From Eledone cirrhosa (Eukaryota): DNA of 64,000 bases. The notes under the pieces are model-generated. The model was not told the origin of the DNA. It saw nothing but the letters and a program-made list of their open reading frames with translations, and did not search any database. Both the position numbers and the translations under genes were made by a program. Position 1 is the first letter of the stretch. Each line of letters starts with the position of its first letter. Location: positions 46,996,001-47,060,000 of the forward strand of contig OZ024746.1 in assembly GCA_964016885.1 (NCBI GenBank), written 5' to 3'. Of this stretch, positions 31,741 to 44,341 are shown one piece after another.

Positions 31741-32491
31741 AAAAATGGATGCAACCCATTATGCCGTGTATGCAAAAAACAACCAGAGACCATTGACCAT
31801 ATAATTTCAATGTGCAGTCCTATAGCTCCAACCGAATACCTAAACAGGCATGACAGAGCTGCACAATACATACATTGGATAATGTGTAAGCATTTTGACC
31901 TGCCCCATCAAAAGAATTGGTGGGAGCATCAACCACCTCCCATACTTGAAAAAGATCACATCTCAATCTTGTGGAACTTTAGCATCCAAACAGACCGAAA
32001 AATAGATGCAAATAGACCTGATATAATATTGAAGGACTTTAAAAAGAGGGTATGCCTGCTAATTGATATGTCTGTTCCAATAGACAAGAATGTATCTATA
32101 AAAACATTTGAAAAATTGAGCAAGTATAAGGACCTGGAGATAGAAATTGGAAAAATGTGGAAATTGAGAACTAAAACAATACCAGTGGTTGTAGGCGCTC
32201 TGGGAATGATACCTAAGGGGTCTAATGATTACTTATCGCAGATCCCAGGAAACCCGCGTATAGGAGAAATACAAAAGATAGTACTAATGGGAACTGCCCA
32301 TATACTAAGGAAGATTCTGTCAATATAAGTACATCACAAGTCTAAACACTAAAGATGCATGTGTGAGTATGTATGTTCTTTCTTGAACATGGCGGACCTT
32401 GTTGTCTCTTGAGGTCACTGGTTGTGACTTGGTGATAACTCGTATGAACATAAAGCAAGATAAATACAACTGTAATAATAATAATAATAAT
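31741..32491 (+). mobile_element. R4/Dong-type 3' fragment, copy B (CCHC plus REL endonuclease), with (TAA)n tail
   Basis: CRVCKKQPETIDHIISMC, RHD, RPD..D, K..Y motifs; stop at 32326-32328. Confidence 0.92.
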
Positions 32492-35400
32492 GCTTTCTTT
32501 ATTAACCACAAGGGTCCACATAAAGTAGACATTAAGGACAGTACAGGACAATACAGGGCGGTACAAATGGGCATTTCTGCGTGTAAAAAACAAGAAACAG
32601 AGGATGTAATAATAGAACAATGAAAAAATTCCCCAATAGGGGGGAGACTTCCAAGGGACATTCGTGGAGAAAGCCCATTAAAAAGCCACATGACCCTGAC
32701 CACCAGGGCAAGTGCCCTCTCCCACTTTTCCACCTTTAATTTACAGACACATACTCAGAGTAGGCCCATTCACTCGGGCCATTCTTGTCTCTCTCACCCA
32801 TCTTTCAACAAAATGCTGGGAAGAGAGCACTTCCCTCTCTACCCTGATTTTCCTTTTCAAATGAAATTTGAAAAAGTTAATCAGGGCATCACCGAAGAGG
32901 TAAGTGCTCGTCTTCAGCCCTTTCAAACGTGTCCACCATACTATCTCTTTCGCCATGGCCACCAGACAAATAAAAACTGCCTGCCCTTCCCGGCTAAAGG
33001 AAGAGGGCGGGGCAATCCTCACGATGGACTCAGCTGATAGCCGGATCCGTCCTACACGCGACAGCAAGTGTTCGACATAAACCCACAAGTCAGCAATGCT
33101 CGGACACTGGACGAGTGCGTGCAGGACGGTTTCGTCGCCCTGCGCGCATCTCGGACATGCCCGGCTGACGGCATCTCCATGCCTGTAGAGTTTATCCCGA
33201 ACTGGCAAAGCTCCAGGCCGGGAATTTCTGGAAGTTGTCCATAGGCCCCGGCCCGAAAGTTCTTCCGAAGAGATTGGCTAGTTGATTTTCGTCGACGCCT
33301 AGAGTTTCCCGAAGTACGTCGTCGCTCTTCCCCTCCACTAATCCTCTATAGAACGCCAAGGTGGATTTTCCACCGATCACATTGCCCGATTGGTCGAGGG
33401 CTGTGAGCGCCTGAAGACATTCCAGTCTCCAAGCGCTCCCTCTCGGTCTTCGCTTGACCCAGGACTGCAGCTCCGTCAAGGAGACGAGCTGGGGAAAGAC
33501 GCGTCTAGCAAACCGAGACTACACCTGATCACCGTCGAGGAAGAGGTGGAGATGTCGTAGCCTGAGCGCGTGTCTGCGCATCATCAGCCATGGCATTCCC
33601 AGCCCTCCACGTAGCGGGTGTTAACAGCAGATGGACCGCCTGACCATCGGAGCGTCTCCCTTCCACAAAAAGCGAAAGAGCAAACGCTCCAGCGCAGTCA
33701 GGCAGGGCTAAGGACAAGGTACGACGGTCAGGCGGTAGTAGATGACCACGCGATATACGCGTTAGCCACCTCCGCTCGACCTTTCAGGGATAGCTTCCTC
33801 TCCGCCCATTTCTGGGTGAGAGAAGCCACCCTGCTCGTCACCTCGTCCCAGTTTTTGTACGTCTGGAGATCCTGACCGAACCAGACCCCGAGCAATTTAA
33901 CGGGTCCGTCCAACAGCGCCCGAGGACGCTGTTGGACGGCATGGACCTGCCTCTCCAGGTGCCGACTTTTCCTGGTTGATCATTGCTCCTGTCACCGCTT
34001 CGTATTCTCTTCGTATTCTCTTATGTGTTTGGCGTTCGACACCACTACGGTGACATCGTCCGCATATGCTGACACGGATCTACCGCATCCTAGTTCGCGC
34101 GGGACACCCCCTCAACGTCTCCAGTTTGTCCAGTAATGGCTCGAGAGTCAATACGTATAAGAGGGACGAGAGGGGACATCCTTGGCGGACAGAGCGCATG
34201 ATGTTGAACGGTTCTGAAAGGTGACCGTTCACTCCCACCACAGAGCAGATGTCGCTGGGCATGGCAGCGATCCAGCCTCTGAAGACGGGCCTAAAGCCAG
34301 CCGCCCTCAGGACTGCCGCTAGGTAACGATGGTCGACCCTATCGAAAGCTTTCGACTGATCTAAATTGATCAAGGACCCACCCGTGCCAGGTTCCCTAGC
34401 TACCCTCTCTACGATGTATCGCATGAGGTGGAGGTTGTCGTGGATGGATCTGTCGGGAATGGCGCATGTCTGCGCCTCTCCCACCAGACCACCAATGACA
34501 AGCGCCAACCTCTTTGCTAGCACCTTGGCCAAAATCTTGAACTCTGTGTTTAGCAGAGTTATGGGCCTAAAATTATCTATGTTATCCCCCTTGTTCGGAT
34601 CCTTTCTCAGCAGCGCCACAGCTCCTCGGCTCACAGAGCTGAGAATTCTCCCGTTCTGTTGCCAGTTGCAGTAGACGTCCGCCAAGAGGCCTCCGAACAA
34701 GTCTGGCATCTGTACGTAAAGTTCATAGGGCAGACCATCCAAACCAGAAAGATTTACCCCTTGTGCAGATAGTCATTGCCTCCCGTACTTCAGCGGCTGT
34801 TATCGGCTTTTCGCAACACTCCACCTCAGTGGCCGAGAGCTGCGGCAGTCCGTCGAGGTAGACACTAAAGTCCATCCCTCAATCCGGCCCGCCGCTGCCC
34901 CCGAACAACTGAGCGAAGTGTCGCTGAAAAGCTTCACACATTTTCCCGGGATCGAGTAGCATGCGCCCGTCGTGGTCCACCAAAGACCGGATCGTGGCTT
35001 TATTGCCACGACGCGCCACCCCCACTCGGGCCCATTGAACGGCTTTCGTCCCCTCGTGTCTGAGAAAACGCACCCTAGCTCTGACAACGCAGCCTTCGTG
35101 CTTTGCATTGAAGAATTGGTCAAGGGCCAATTTTGCCGCAAGTACGTCGGTCGCGATGCCTTTGCTAAGCGCCTCGTCTAATTTTCTAACTAATTATCCC
35201 TCTGCACTATTTTTCTCTATTGCTAAAGCCTTACTAAACCTAATGGACTCTATTCTAATTGCTCTTTTCAGAGCAAACCACTATTTGTTGTTGACGATGT
35301 CCCCCGTCAACGCCCGCTTAACTAGTTCGCTAATCAGGTCTATGTAGGCCTTGTGCGCTGGTAAGGACGCGTTTAGCTTCCAGTAGCCGGGTCCTCGTCT

Positions 35401-36955
35401 ATGAAGCCTTTCTAAGTCAAGCACACAGATCACGAATTTGTGGTCCGTGTAGCTGACTATCTTGAATTGTGGACAGGCTATGCTAGACCTATCTATTTCT
35501 CTACAAACTACTTTATCTAGATATGATCTGGATGACCCTATGCGATTTGTCCAAGTCCACATTGGCACATTCGGGAAATCCAATCGGTACCTGTCAGACA
35601 GTTCAAAACGCCTGAGCAGGTTGGTGAGGCTCTTGCACCCTCCTCCCCTATCCGCTAATCCCACACAGTCCCAGCGTGCATCTAAGATCCCGTTCCAGTC
35701 ACCCACTAACACTAAAGAGCGGGACGTTCCAAGAAAGGTCTCCAGACGCCGGAAGAAATCAGGCCGCCCTGCTCCTGTTGGGGCATAGACGGCCACTAGC
35801 CTGAAAGCTTGCCCGTCTCCGCTGGTCACGTCTAGCACCACCAACTTACCCCTCTGGGTCCAGGAAGATGGCCCGTATGGCGAGATCCAAACCTCTCCGA
35901 AAAAGCACGGCAGCTCATCCCCCGATCCCGGATGGCTGGGAGATGCGTACATATCGTAACCGCCGAAGATCGGTGCGAAGGCCCGTGCTTCGGAGATTCT
36001 GGTCTCGCTGATGGCCACTACATCTATGTTTAGTGACCTGAGGTCGTTGAGCAGGTGGCCCTGCTTCCATGACGACCCCAAGTAGCGCGCATTTATGCTG
36101 CCTATTCTGAGAGAGCTCATGTTGAAATGGAGTGGAAAAGATGGGAAAGACCACTTACCGTACTTTTCGTAGAGGAAGGATGGTTTCTCCATCCCTTTTC
36201 ACTTGATCGTCTGGTGAAGGGACCGTTGAATCGTCCCTTCGGCTGGTCGTCGGCTCTTCTATGAGTATGTCCGAATATACTCTCCGGTTGAGAGTCCCTC
36301 CTAGGTCTCTGAAATCACCAACTGCGTTGGGGAATTTCGTTTTAGTGTTTGTGTATTGTTTCTGTGCTATTTTTAGCAGTCTTATGTTCGTTGGCGTTTT
36401 GATTGGTGCTGGTATTATGTAGTCGTGCTGTGAAATGTCTGTGTGTTCAATTATGTAAGTCATTAGTTTCTTGTTGTGTGTATTTATTGCCGTGCATTTG
36501 TTTTTCTGGGGCGGGGTGTGGTTTTGCTATTTTCTTGTCGTTGTTGCTGGGTGTGTGTGTTTTGTTGTTGTGTTTGCGATGTTGGTTCTTGTGGTGGTGG
36601 TGTTGAAGGTGTTGTTGTTGTTGGCGGTGGGGTTGTCGCCGGTGGTGATGGTGGTGCTAGTGTGGGTGGTGATGGTGTTGGTGGTGTTGCTGCAGTGAGT
36701 CTCTTTGCAGTAGCCTTTACCCTTTTTCATTTCTCTCCTCCCTTTTCGAAGGCGACGATGCGCTGCTTCTGCGTTTGTGCCTTCTTACGACCTTTTGCCA
36801 TCCCTCTCCCACCTCACACTCCATGTCTGATTCTGTGAGGTCGGGGAGGGATACCAGCTCCTCTCTTTCACTTGTTGTTGAGGTGATGTTTGCAATGGAG
36901 TCTTTGTTGCAGCTGTATTTGGTATTGCTGTTGTTGTTGTTAATACTTCCACTGC
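32492..36955 (-). mobile_element. L1-Tx1 clade LINE, subfamily A copy 1 (5'-truncated within ORF1)
   Basis: APE endonuclease, RT and zinc-finger ORF2. 3' UTR with AATAAA (32503-32498) followed by (ATT)n. Colinear with 44090-48550. Confidence 0.92.
32741..36120 (-). pseudogene. Tx1 ORF2 (APE-RT-zf), frameshifted
   Basis: SINAR, ISETR, VYAP, GDWN, YTDH; FRPITLLN, DQSKAFDRVDH, SVRQGCPLS, AYADD; CPRCAQGDETVLHALVQC. Confidence 0.9.
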
Positions 36956-38351
36956 ATTCCCGGTTTTGTGAGCCGGGGAGCAATGGCGCTGCTGAGAAAA
37001 GACCCGAACAAGGGGGATGTTATTGATAATTTCAGGCCCATAACCCTGCTAAACGCAGAGTTCAAGATTTTGGCCAAGGTGTTAGCGACGAGGTTGGCGC
37101 TTGTCGTCAAGGGTCTGGTGGGAGAGGCGCATACATGCGCCATCCCGGACAGATCCATACACGACAACCTCCACCTCATGCGATACATCATAGAGAGGGT
37201 GGTTAAGGAACCTGGCAAGGGTGGGGCCCTGATCAACTTGGGTCAATCCAAAGCATTCGATAGAGTCGACCATCGGTACCTGGCGTCGGTCCTTGAGGCA
37301 GCCGGTTTCGGGCCCGTTTTCAGGCGTTGGATCGCAGCAATGTACAGCGACATCTGCTCAGTTGTGAGGGTGAACGGTCACCTGTCGCAGCCGTTCAGCA
37401 TCATGCACTCAGTCCGCCAGGGTTGTCCCCTCTCGCCCCTCTTGTACGTATTGGCTCTCGAGCCGTTACTGCACAAACTGGGGGCGATGAGGGGCGTCCC
37501 ACGCGAACTAGGATGCGGGAAATCCGAGTCGGCTTACGCTGAGGACGTCACCGTGGTGGTGTCGGCACCGCTCTCAAGGAATACGAAACGGTGACAGGAG
37601 CAAAGATAAACCAGGAAAAGTCGGTGGGCTTGCAGCTAGGCACCTGGAGAGGCAAGTCCATGCCGTCCGACAGCGTTGTGGGGCGTTGGACGGACGGACC
37701 AGTTAAATTGCCAGGCACATTTTCCCACAGCTCGTCTCCTTGACGGAGCTGCAGTCCTGGGTCAGAAAAAGACCAAGGGATAGCGCTTGGAAACTGGAAT
37801 GTCTCCAGGCGCTCACTGCCCTCTCCCAGTTGGGCACCAGTATCGGTGGAACATCCACCTCGGCGTTCTATAGAGGAATAGTGGAGGGGAAGAGCGATGA
37901 CGTTCTCGGAGAGATCCTGGGCGTCGAAGAAGATCAGCTGCTTGCTCTCTTCCGGAGAACTTTCAGCCCGGGGCCTATGAATAACTTCCAAAAATCCCTG
38001 GCCTGGCAGTGCTACCGGGGAGCGCTGCCAGTTCGAGATAAGCTCTACAGGCACGGAAGTGCCGTCAGCCTAGCCTGTCCGAGATGCGCGCATAGCAACG
38101 AAACCGTTGTGCACGCACTCGTTCAGTGCCCGAGCATTGCTGACTTGTGGGGCTATGTCGAACAGTTGCTGTCACGTTTGGGACTGATCCGGTTGTCGAC
38201 TGAGTCCATTGTGCAAATGGTCTCGCCGTCTTCCTTTGAGGAGGAAGGGCAGGCGGTTTTCATCTGCCTGGTGGCCATGGCGAAAGAGATTGTGTGGTGG
38301 ACAAGGTTAAAAGGATTAAAGACAAACACGTTCCTCTTTGGCGAATCCCTG
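36954..38351 (+). mobile_element. Tx1 subfamily B internal fragment (RT core to zinc finger)
   Basis: ORFs 36968-37594 and 37740-38396. 37654-38351 is a near-identical inverted copy of 39920-40610. Confidence 0.9.
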
Positions 38352-39620
38352 GTGGAAGAAACGACTGAGTGGTCAAGTCAGGGAAATGAGAAATGACATT
38401 GGAAAGTTTGAGTCCCTACTGAATGGGACACTAAGAAACATAGACACTAAAAATAGACTGGAAATAAAGTACAAAACTACGAGGAAAAAGCTAAATATTA
38501 TCATAGAGGAACTGAAGCAACGCATTGTAGCAAAGAGTGCAAAAATCAGGCGATACGAGAACAGAGTCAGTCAGTATAGACAGAACCGCATGTTCGACAA
38601 CAACCCGAAGATGCTGTTTGGACAGCTTGAAGGGAAAGAAAGAGGCAACGACTTGATCCCTGAGGCGGAACAAACTAAAACATTCTGGAGAGGAATATGG
38701 GAGCAGGATGTTAAACATAATGACCAGGCAGTGTGGATTGAGACAGTACAGAAGGAGATTAGTGAACAGGTACACCAACAAACTGATTTGAGTATCACAG
38801 TTGAAACTCTTAAGGGGCAGGCCAAAAAACTAACCAACTGGAAATCACCAGACCCAGATGGTGTGCAGGGGTATTGGATTAAAAATATAACATCCCTCCA
38901 CCCAAAACTGACAACCATGTTCAATGACTGCTTGATGTCAGGTGAGGTACCAGAGTGGTTGACAAAAGGTACCACAGTTCTGATAGTGAAAGACCGAATC
39001 AAGAGTAATGATGTTACCAACTATAGACCTATCACATGTCTGTCCGTAATGTGGAAACTGTTGACAAGCATTATGTCTGAGGAAATCTACCATCACCTCC
39101 ACACAAACAACTTGTTACCGGACGAACAGAAAGGATGCCGAAAGAAGTCACGTGGTACAAAGGACCAGTTACTTATTGACAAGATGGTAATGAGGAATTA
39201 CAAGAGGAGACACACTGGTCTTGCCATGGGATGGATAGACTACAAAAAGGCATTTGACATGGTGCCTCATTCTTGGATCACCAAAAGCCTAGAGATCTTC
39301 AAGGTGGCAGATAACATCAGACAGTTGTTGGGCAAAAGTATGAAGTCCTGGGAAACAGAGTTAACATAAGCTGGAGAATCCTTGGGAGGCATGAAGATCA
39401 AGAGAGGTATCTTCCAGGGAGATAGTCTGTCCCCTCTGTTGTTTGTCCTTGCCCTGATGCCCCTGACCATTATACTGCGAAAAGTGAGACAAGGATACAA
39501 GTTGGGAAAGGGAGAGCTTACCATCAATCACCTCCTCTTCATGGACGATCTTAAGCTCTTTGGGAAGAGTGAGAAGGAGTTGGATGTGCTTGTTGACACT
39601 GTCCGTATTTTTAGCAATGA
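38347..39620 (+). pseudogene. R4/Dong-type RT fragment (family assignment relative to the other copies uncertain)
   Basis: [55 protein letters not shown]; premature stop at 39367-39369; truncated at both ends. Confidence 0.88.
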
Positions 39621-39778
39621 TATATATATATAAACAATAAAATGAAAATTGAAACAATGAAAAATTCCCCAATAGGGGGGAACCTCCGAGGGTTCCTTGT
39701 GGCGAAAACCACACAAAAGACCACGGCCACCCTGACTACCAGGGCAAGCACCCTCTCTCAATTTTTCCATCTCTCAAA

Positions 39779-41785
39779 CTACAGACGTATATTCAGAGTG
39801 GTCCCGTTCACTCGGACCATTCTCGCTACATTCACCCACCTTTCAACAAACTTGCTAGAAAGCAGCACTTGCCTCTCCACCCTGATTTTCCTCTTCAAGT
39901 GAAACTTGAAAAAGTGAATCAGGGATTCGCCGAAGAGGAAAGTGTTTGTCTTTTTAACCTTATTCACCACACAATCTCTTTCGCCATGGCCACCAGGCAG
40001 ATGAAAACCGCCTGCTCTTCCTCCTCAAAGGAAGACGGCGAGACCATTTGCACAATGGACTCAGTCGTCAACCGGATCAGTCCCACACGTGACAGCAACT
40101 GTTCGACATAGCCCCACAAGTCAGCAATGCTCGGGCACTGAACGAGTGCGTGCACAACGGTTTCGTCGCTATGCGCGCATCTCGGACAGGCTAGGCTGAC
40201 GGCACTTCCGTGCCTGTAGAGCTTATCTCGAACTGGCAGCGCTCCCCGGTAGCACTGCCAGGCCAGGGATTTTTGGAAGTTATTCATAGGCCCCGGGCTG
40301 AAAGTTCTCCGGAAGAGAGCAAGCAGCTGATCTTCTTCGACGCACAGGATCTCTCCGAGAACGTCATCGCTCTTCCCCTCCACTAGTCCTCTATAGAACG
40401 CCGAGGTGGATGTTCCACCCATACTGGTGCCCAACTGGGAGAGGGCAGTGAGCGCCTGGAGACATTCCAGTTTCCAAGCGCTATCCCTTGGTCTTTTTCT
40501 GACCCAGGACTGCAGCTCCGTCAAGGAGACGAGCTGTGGGAAAATGTGCCTGGCAATTTAACTGGTCCGTCCGCCCAACGCCCCACAACGCTGTCGGACG
40601 GCATGGACTTTTCTCAGCAGCGCCATTGCTCCCCGGCTCACAAAACTGGGAATGCTCCCGTTCTGCTGCCAGTTGCAGTAGACGTCTGCCAAAAGGTCAC
40701 CGAACAAGTCTGGCATAAATGCATAAAGCTCGTAGGGCAGACCATCTAAACCTGGCGATTTACCTCTTGTGCAGTTAGCCATCGCTTCCCGTATTTCACC
40801 GGCTGTTATTGGCTTTTAGCAATACTGTGCTGGCGGTCGTCGAGAGCCGAGGCAGTCCGTAGAGGTATACACTGAAGTCCATGCCCCGATCCGGGCCGCC
40901 GCCGCTCCGGAACAGTTCAGCAAAGTGCTGCTGAAAAGCTTCACACATCCGCGCGGGTTCGAGCATCACCGTCAACGCCCGCTTAACTAATACGCTAATC
41001 CGGTCTCTGTAGGCCTTGCGCGCCGGGAAAGTCGCGTTCAGCTTCCAGTAACCAGGCCCTTGTCTATGAAGTCTGTCTATGTCGATCTCACAGATCACAA
41101 ATTTGTGGTCTGTGTAGTCGACTATTTTAAATTGTGGACAACTTATACTAGCCTTATCTAGTTCCCTGCAGAATATCCTATCTAGATACGATCTGGATGA
41201 CCCGATGCGGTTTGTCTATGTCCACATTGGCACATTCGGGTGATCCAGTCGATACCTGTCAGACAGTTCAAAACGTCTGAGCAGGTTGGTGAGGCTCTTG
41301 CACCCTCCTCCCCTATCCACTAGCCCCACACGATCCCAGCGTGCATCCAAGATACCGTTCCAGTCGCCCACTAACACTAAAGAGCGGGACGTTCCAAGAA
41401 AGGTCTCTAGACGTCTGAAGAAATCTGGCCGTCCTTCCCCTGTTGGGGCGTAGACGGCTACTAGCCTGAAAGCATTGCCTTCGCTGCCGGTCACGTCCAG
41501 CACCACCGACTTACCTTCTGGGTCCAGGAAGATGGCCCGTATCGCGAGATCCAAGCCTCTCCGAAAAAGGACGGCAACCCCTCCCCCCGATCCTGGACGG
41601 CTGGGAGATGCGTATACATCGTAGCCGCCGAAGATCGGTGCGAAGGCCCGTGCCTCGGAGATTCTGGTTTCACTGATGGCCACCACATCTATGTTTAGTG
41701 ACTTGAGGTCATTGAGCAGGTGACCCTGCTTCCAAGATGACCCCAGGCCACGTGCATTTATACTGCCTATTCTGAGTACAGCCAT
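39779..41785 (-). pseudogene. Tx1-B ORF2, internally deleted
   Basis: APE motifs intact (SINARGL, SET, YAP, GDWN). LLRK joins directly to post-RT sequence; C-terminal CPRC..H...C finger present. Confidence 0.88.
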
Positions 41786-41817
41786 GTTGGATGAGAAACG
41801 GGGCAAATGAGAAAGGG

Positions 41818-43861
41818 TCACTTACCTTGTTCGTGTGGTGAAGGGACAGTACAACCGTCCCTTTCTCTGGTCATGGGTGTTTCCAAGAGGATGTCAGTGT
41901 ATATCCTCTTGGTAACCGTCCCTCTGAAGTCTCCAACTGCGTTGGTAAATTTTTGTTTTAAAGGTTTGTATTGTTCTATTGAGATTTCGATGATGCTTAT
42001 GTTTGTCGGGAGAGTTCTTGGTGTTGGTGGGGTGTAGTAGTTTTTTTCCGTGATGTCTGTGTGCTGCTTTATATATTTTATGAGTTCTTTTTTTGCTATG
42101 TTTATGGCTGTGTACTTTTTGGGGGGAGGGGTGATTTTGTTGCCGTTTTCTTCTTGTTGCTGTTTGGTGTGTGTGTCTTGTTGTGTTTGCGTTGTTGGTG
42201 TTTGTGGTGGTGTTGCTGCAAGTTTTCTTGCTGCCTTTACCCCTCTTTGTATGCCTTCGCTTTTGGAGGGTGAATCTAAGGGTTTTTTTCTTTTTTCTTT
42301 TTTGTGGCAGACTGTTTGACACGTCACTCCCGCCTCAAACTCCATGTCGGATTCTGTGGCGTCTGGGAGGGGTATGTGCTCCACGGCTGTTGGTGGTGGT
42401 AGTGGAGCCCTCTTCGGCAATGTTGTTGCTGGTGTAGCTATTTCAAATGTAGCTATTGGTGTTGCCGCTACTGATGATGCTGCTTTAGTTATCCGTGGCC
42501 TTGGTACGGGTGCTACAGACGTTGCCCTCCTACTCACCGTGGAAGGGGCTTCTTCGTTTGTTGCCTGTCCTGCTCTTCGTAGCAGCGGACCAGGTATTGG
42601 ATGGAGAGGGGCCCTCTACGGTGTCTTCTGCGGGCAAAAGGCCCTGAGGTGACCTTTCGACCCACAGAGATAACATTTTGGCCGTCTTCCTTCTACACTT
42701 ATAGGGAGTTGTAGTCCTTCCTCAAAGTCTATGATATCGGGGATAGCCTCGATACATTCCTGGTCAGTTTGTATAAGCATTTGCATGCCTATACCTGACC
42801 AGTTCTCTCTCCCTATTTTTTCTACTTGCAGCATGGTCACCCTGTTCTCAATTCCAGCAAGGACAGACGCGGCCAGTCAAGGTATGGGCACGTCGGGTGG
42901 GACCTGGGTCACTTTGACCCTCACAATTTTCTGCCCGCAGTAGAAGGGCACAAAGACTAACTCCTCACTCTTTAGGGTTTCCAAAGAGTGAGACTTTGCT
43001 TCCTGGGGGGTGGCGAAAAGTACGTCTACTGTGGGGTACTGTCTGCCTCGGGTGATGTGGGTTTTGCGTGCCCAGACGCACACCAAGGCCTTTTGGATTT
43101 GAGCCTCCGTGGCTCTCTCCACTCGATGTGAGATTTTGCTTACGGTGCAGTAAGTCACCGTTCGTAGCTGCTGGTCCTTGAAAAAATCGGGTGGAGGTTT
43201 CAGGGAAACTCTATTTGCGCTTCTTGTCACCATGGCCCTTGCGACTGCCATCTCCTCCTCTGTGACTAACAGTCTCGATATTTCGGTCGACACCTGCAAA
43301 AGAAGTGGTCCCTTTTTCAGCAGCACCACTATTGCTGCCGCTACTGGTCTTACTGGTGGTGCTGAGGTCGCTATTACAGGTATCGGTGTCATTGTTGTTC
43401 TTTTCGCTGGTACAGTTGTTGGTGTTGTTTTCGTTGATACTGTTGCTGTTGTTACTGTTATTGTGGCTGTTGTTATTATTGTTGTTTTTGTTGATACTGT
43501 TCCTACTATTATTGTTGTTGTGGCTGTTGTTATTGTCATTGTTATTGTCGTTCTCGACCTTACCGCTGTTATTTTTGTTATTGTCGTTCTCGACCTTACC
43601 GCTGTTATTTTTGTTATTGTCGTTCTCGACTTTACCGCTGTTATTTTTGGTGTTGTTTTTGGTGATGTTGTTGGTGTTATTGTTGGTATTGTTTGTGTTA
43701 GAAATATTTGTTAATTTTAAATCTGTAACAATCTTTTTTTCCTTTGTAATATTTTCGTTTGTATTTACCTCCGCTGTAACGCTGTCTTGTTGACATGCTG
43801 ATAAAGTCTCCTTCTCTCTGTGTTGTCTGACAGCGCTCTCTCTCTCTTTTGTGTTATCCAT
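41818..43861 (-). pseudogene. Tx1-B ORF1 (Asn-rich N-terminus, central domain, CCHC knuckle, Pro/Thr-rich tail)
   Basis: Pieces 43211-43861, 42877-43539, 42616-42840 and 41818-42537 are homologous to ORF1 of subfamily A. Confidence 0.82.
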
Positions 43862-44341
43862 GTTGAAATTTTTCAAAAAATATTTTTACGACACCCCGTA
43901 AAGGGGTGCTGTATTATTTACTAGTGAACTCCTGTATTAGGTGGGTCACTTCTTCTAAACTTTTATCAAATTTAAAACTTGAATAAAAAGTTTAGAACAG
44001 TTGAAAAAGAAGTAAAACGTTGAAAAAGACTGGAGGCGATAAGAAGCGTGGCTTCACCAACCAATAATAATAATAATAATAATAATAATGATGCTTTCTT
44101 TATTAACCACAAGGGTTTACATAAAGTAGACATTAAGGACAGTACAGGACAATACAGGACGGTACAAATGGGCATTTCTGCGTGTAAAAAAACAAAAACA
44201 GAGGATGTAATAAAAATAACAATGAAAAATTCCCCAATAGGAGGGAGACTTCGGAGGGACATTTGTGGAGAAAGCCATTAAAAGGCCACAGTGACCCTGA
44301 CCACCAGGGCAAGTGCCCTCTCCCACTTTTCCACCTTTAAT

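Larger units (their letters stand above)
39620..44062 (-). mobile_element. Tx1 subfamily B element, intact 5' end, RT core deleted, extreme 3' end apparently missing
   Basis: ORF1 with CYLCGSKGHLRAFC knuckle; ORF2 from ATG 41785; RT deletion at ~40610; 5' end abuts (AAT)n at 44063. Confidence 0.9.

Noticed and set aside
43178-43793. Hydrophobic Val/Leu-rich membrane-protein-like ORFs (also 36471-36838, 48067-48708, 49167-49616)
   Set aside because: Antisense shadows of the low-complexity Tx1 ORF1 regions.
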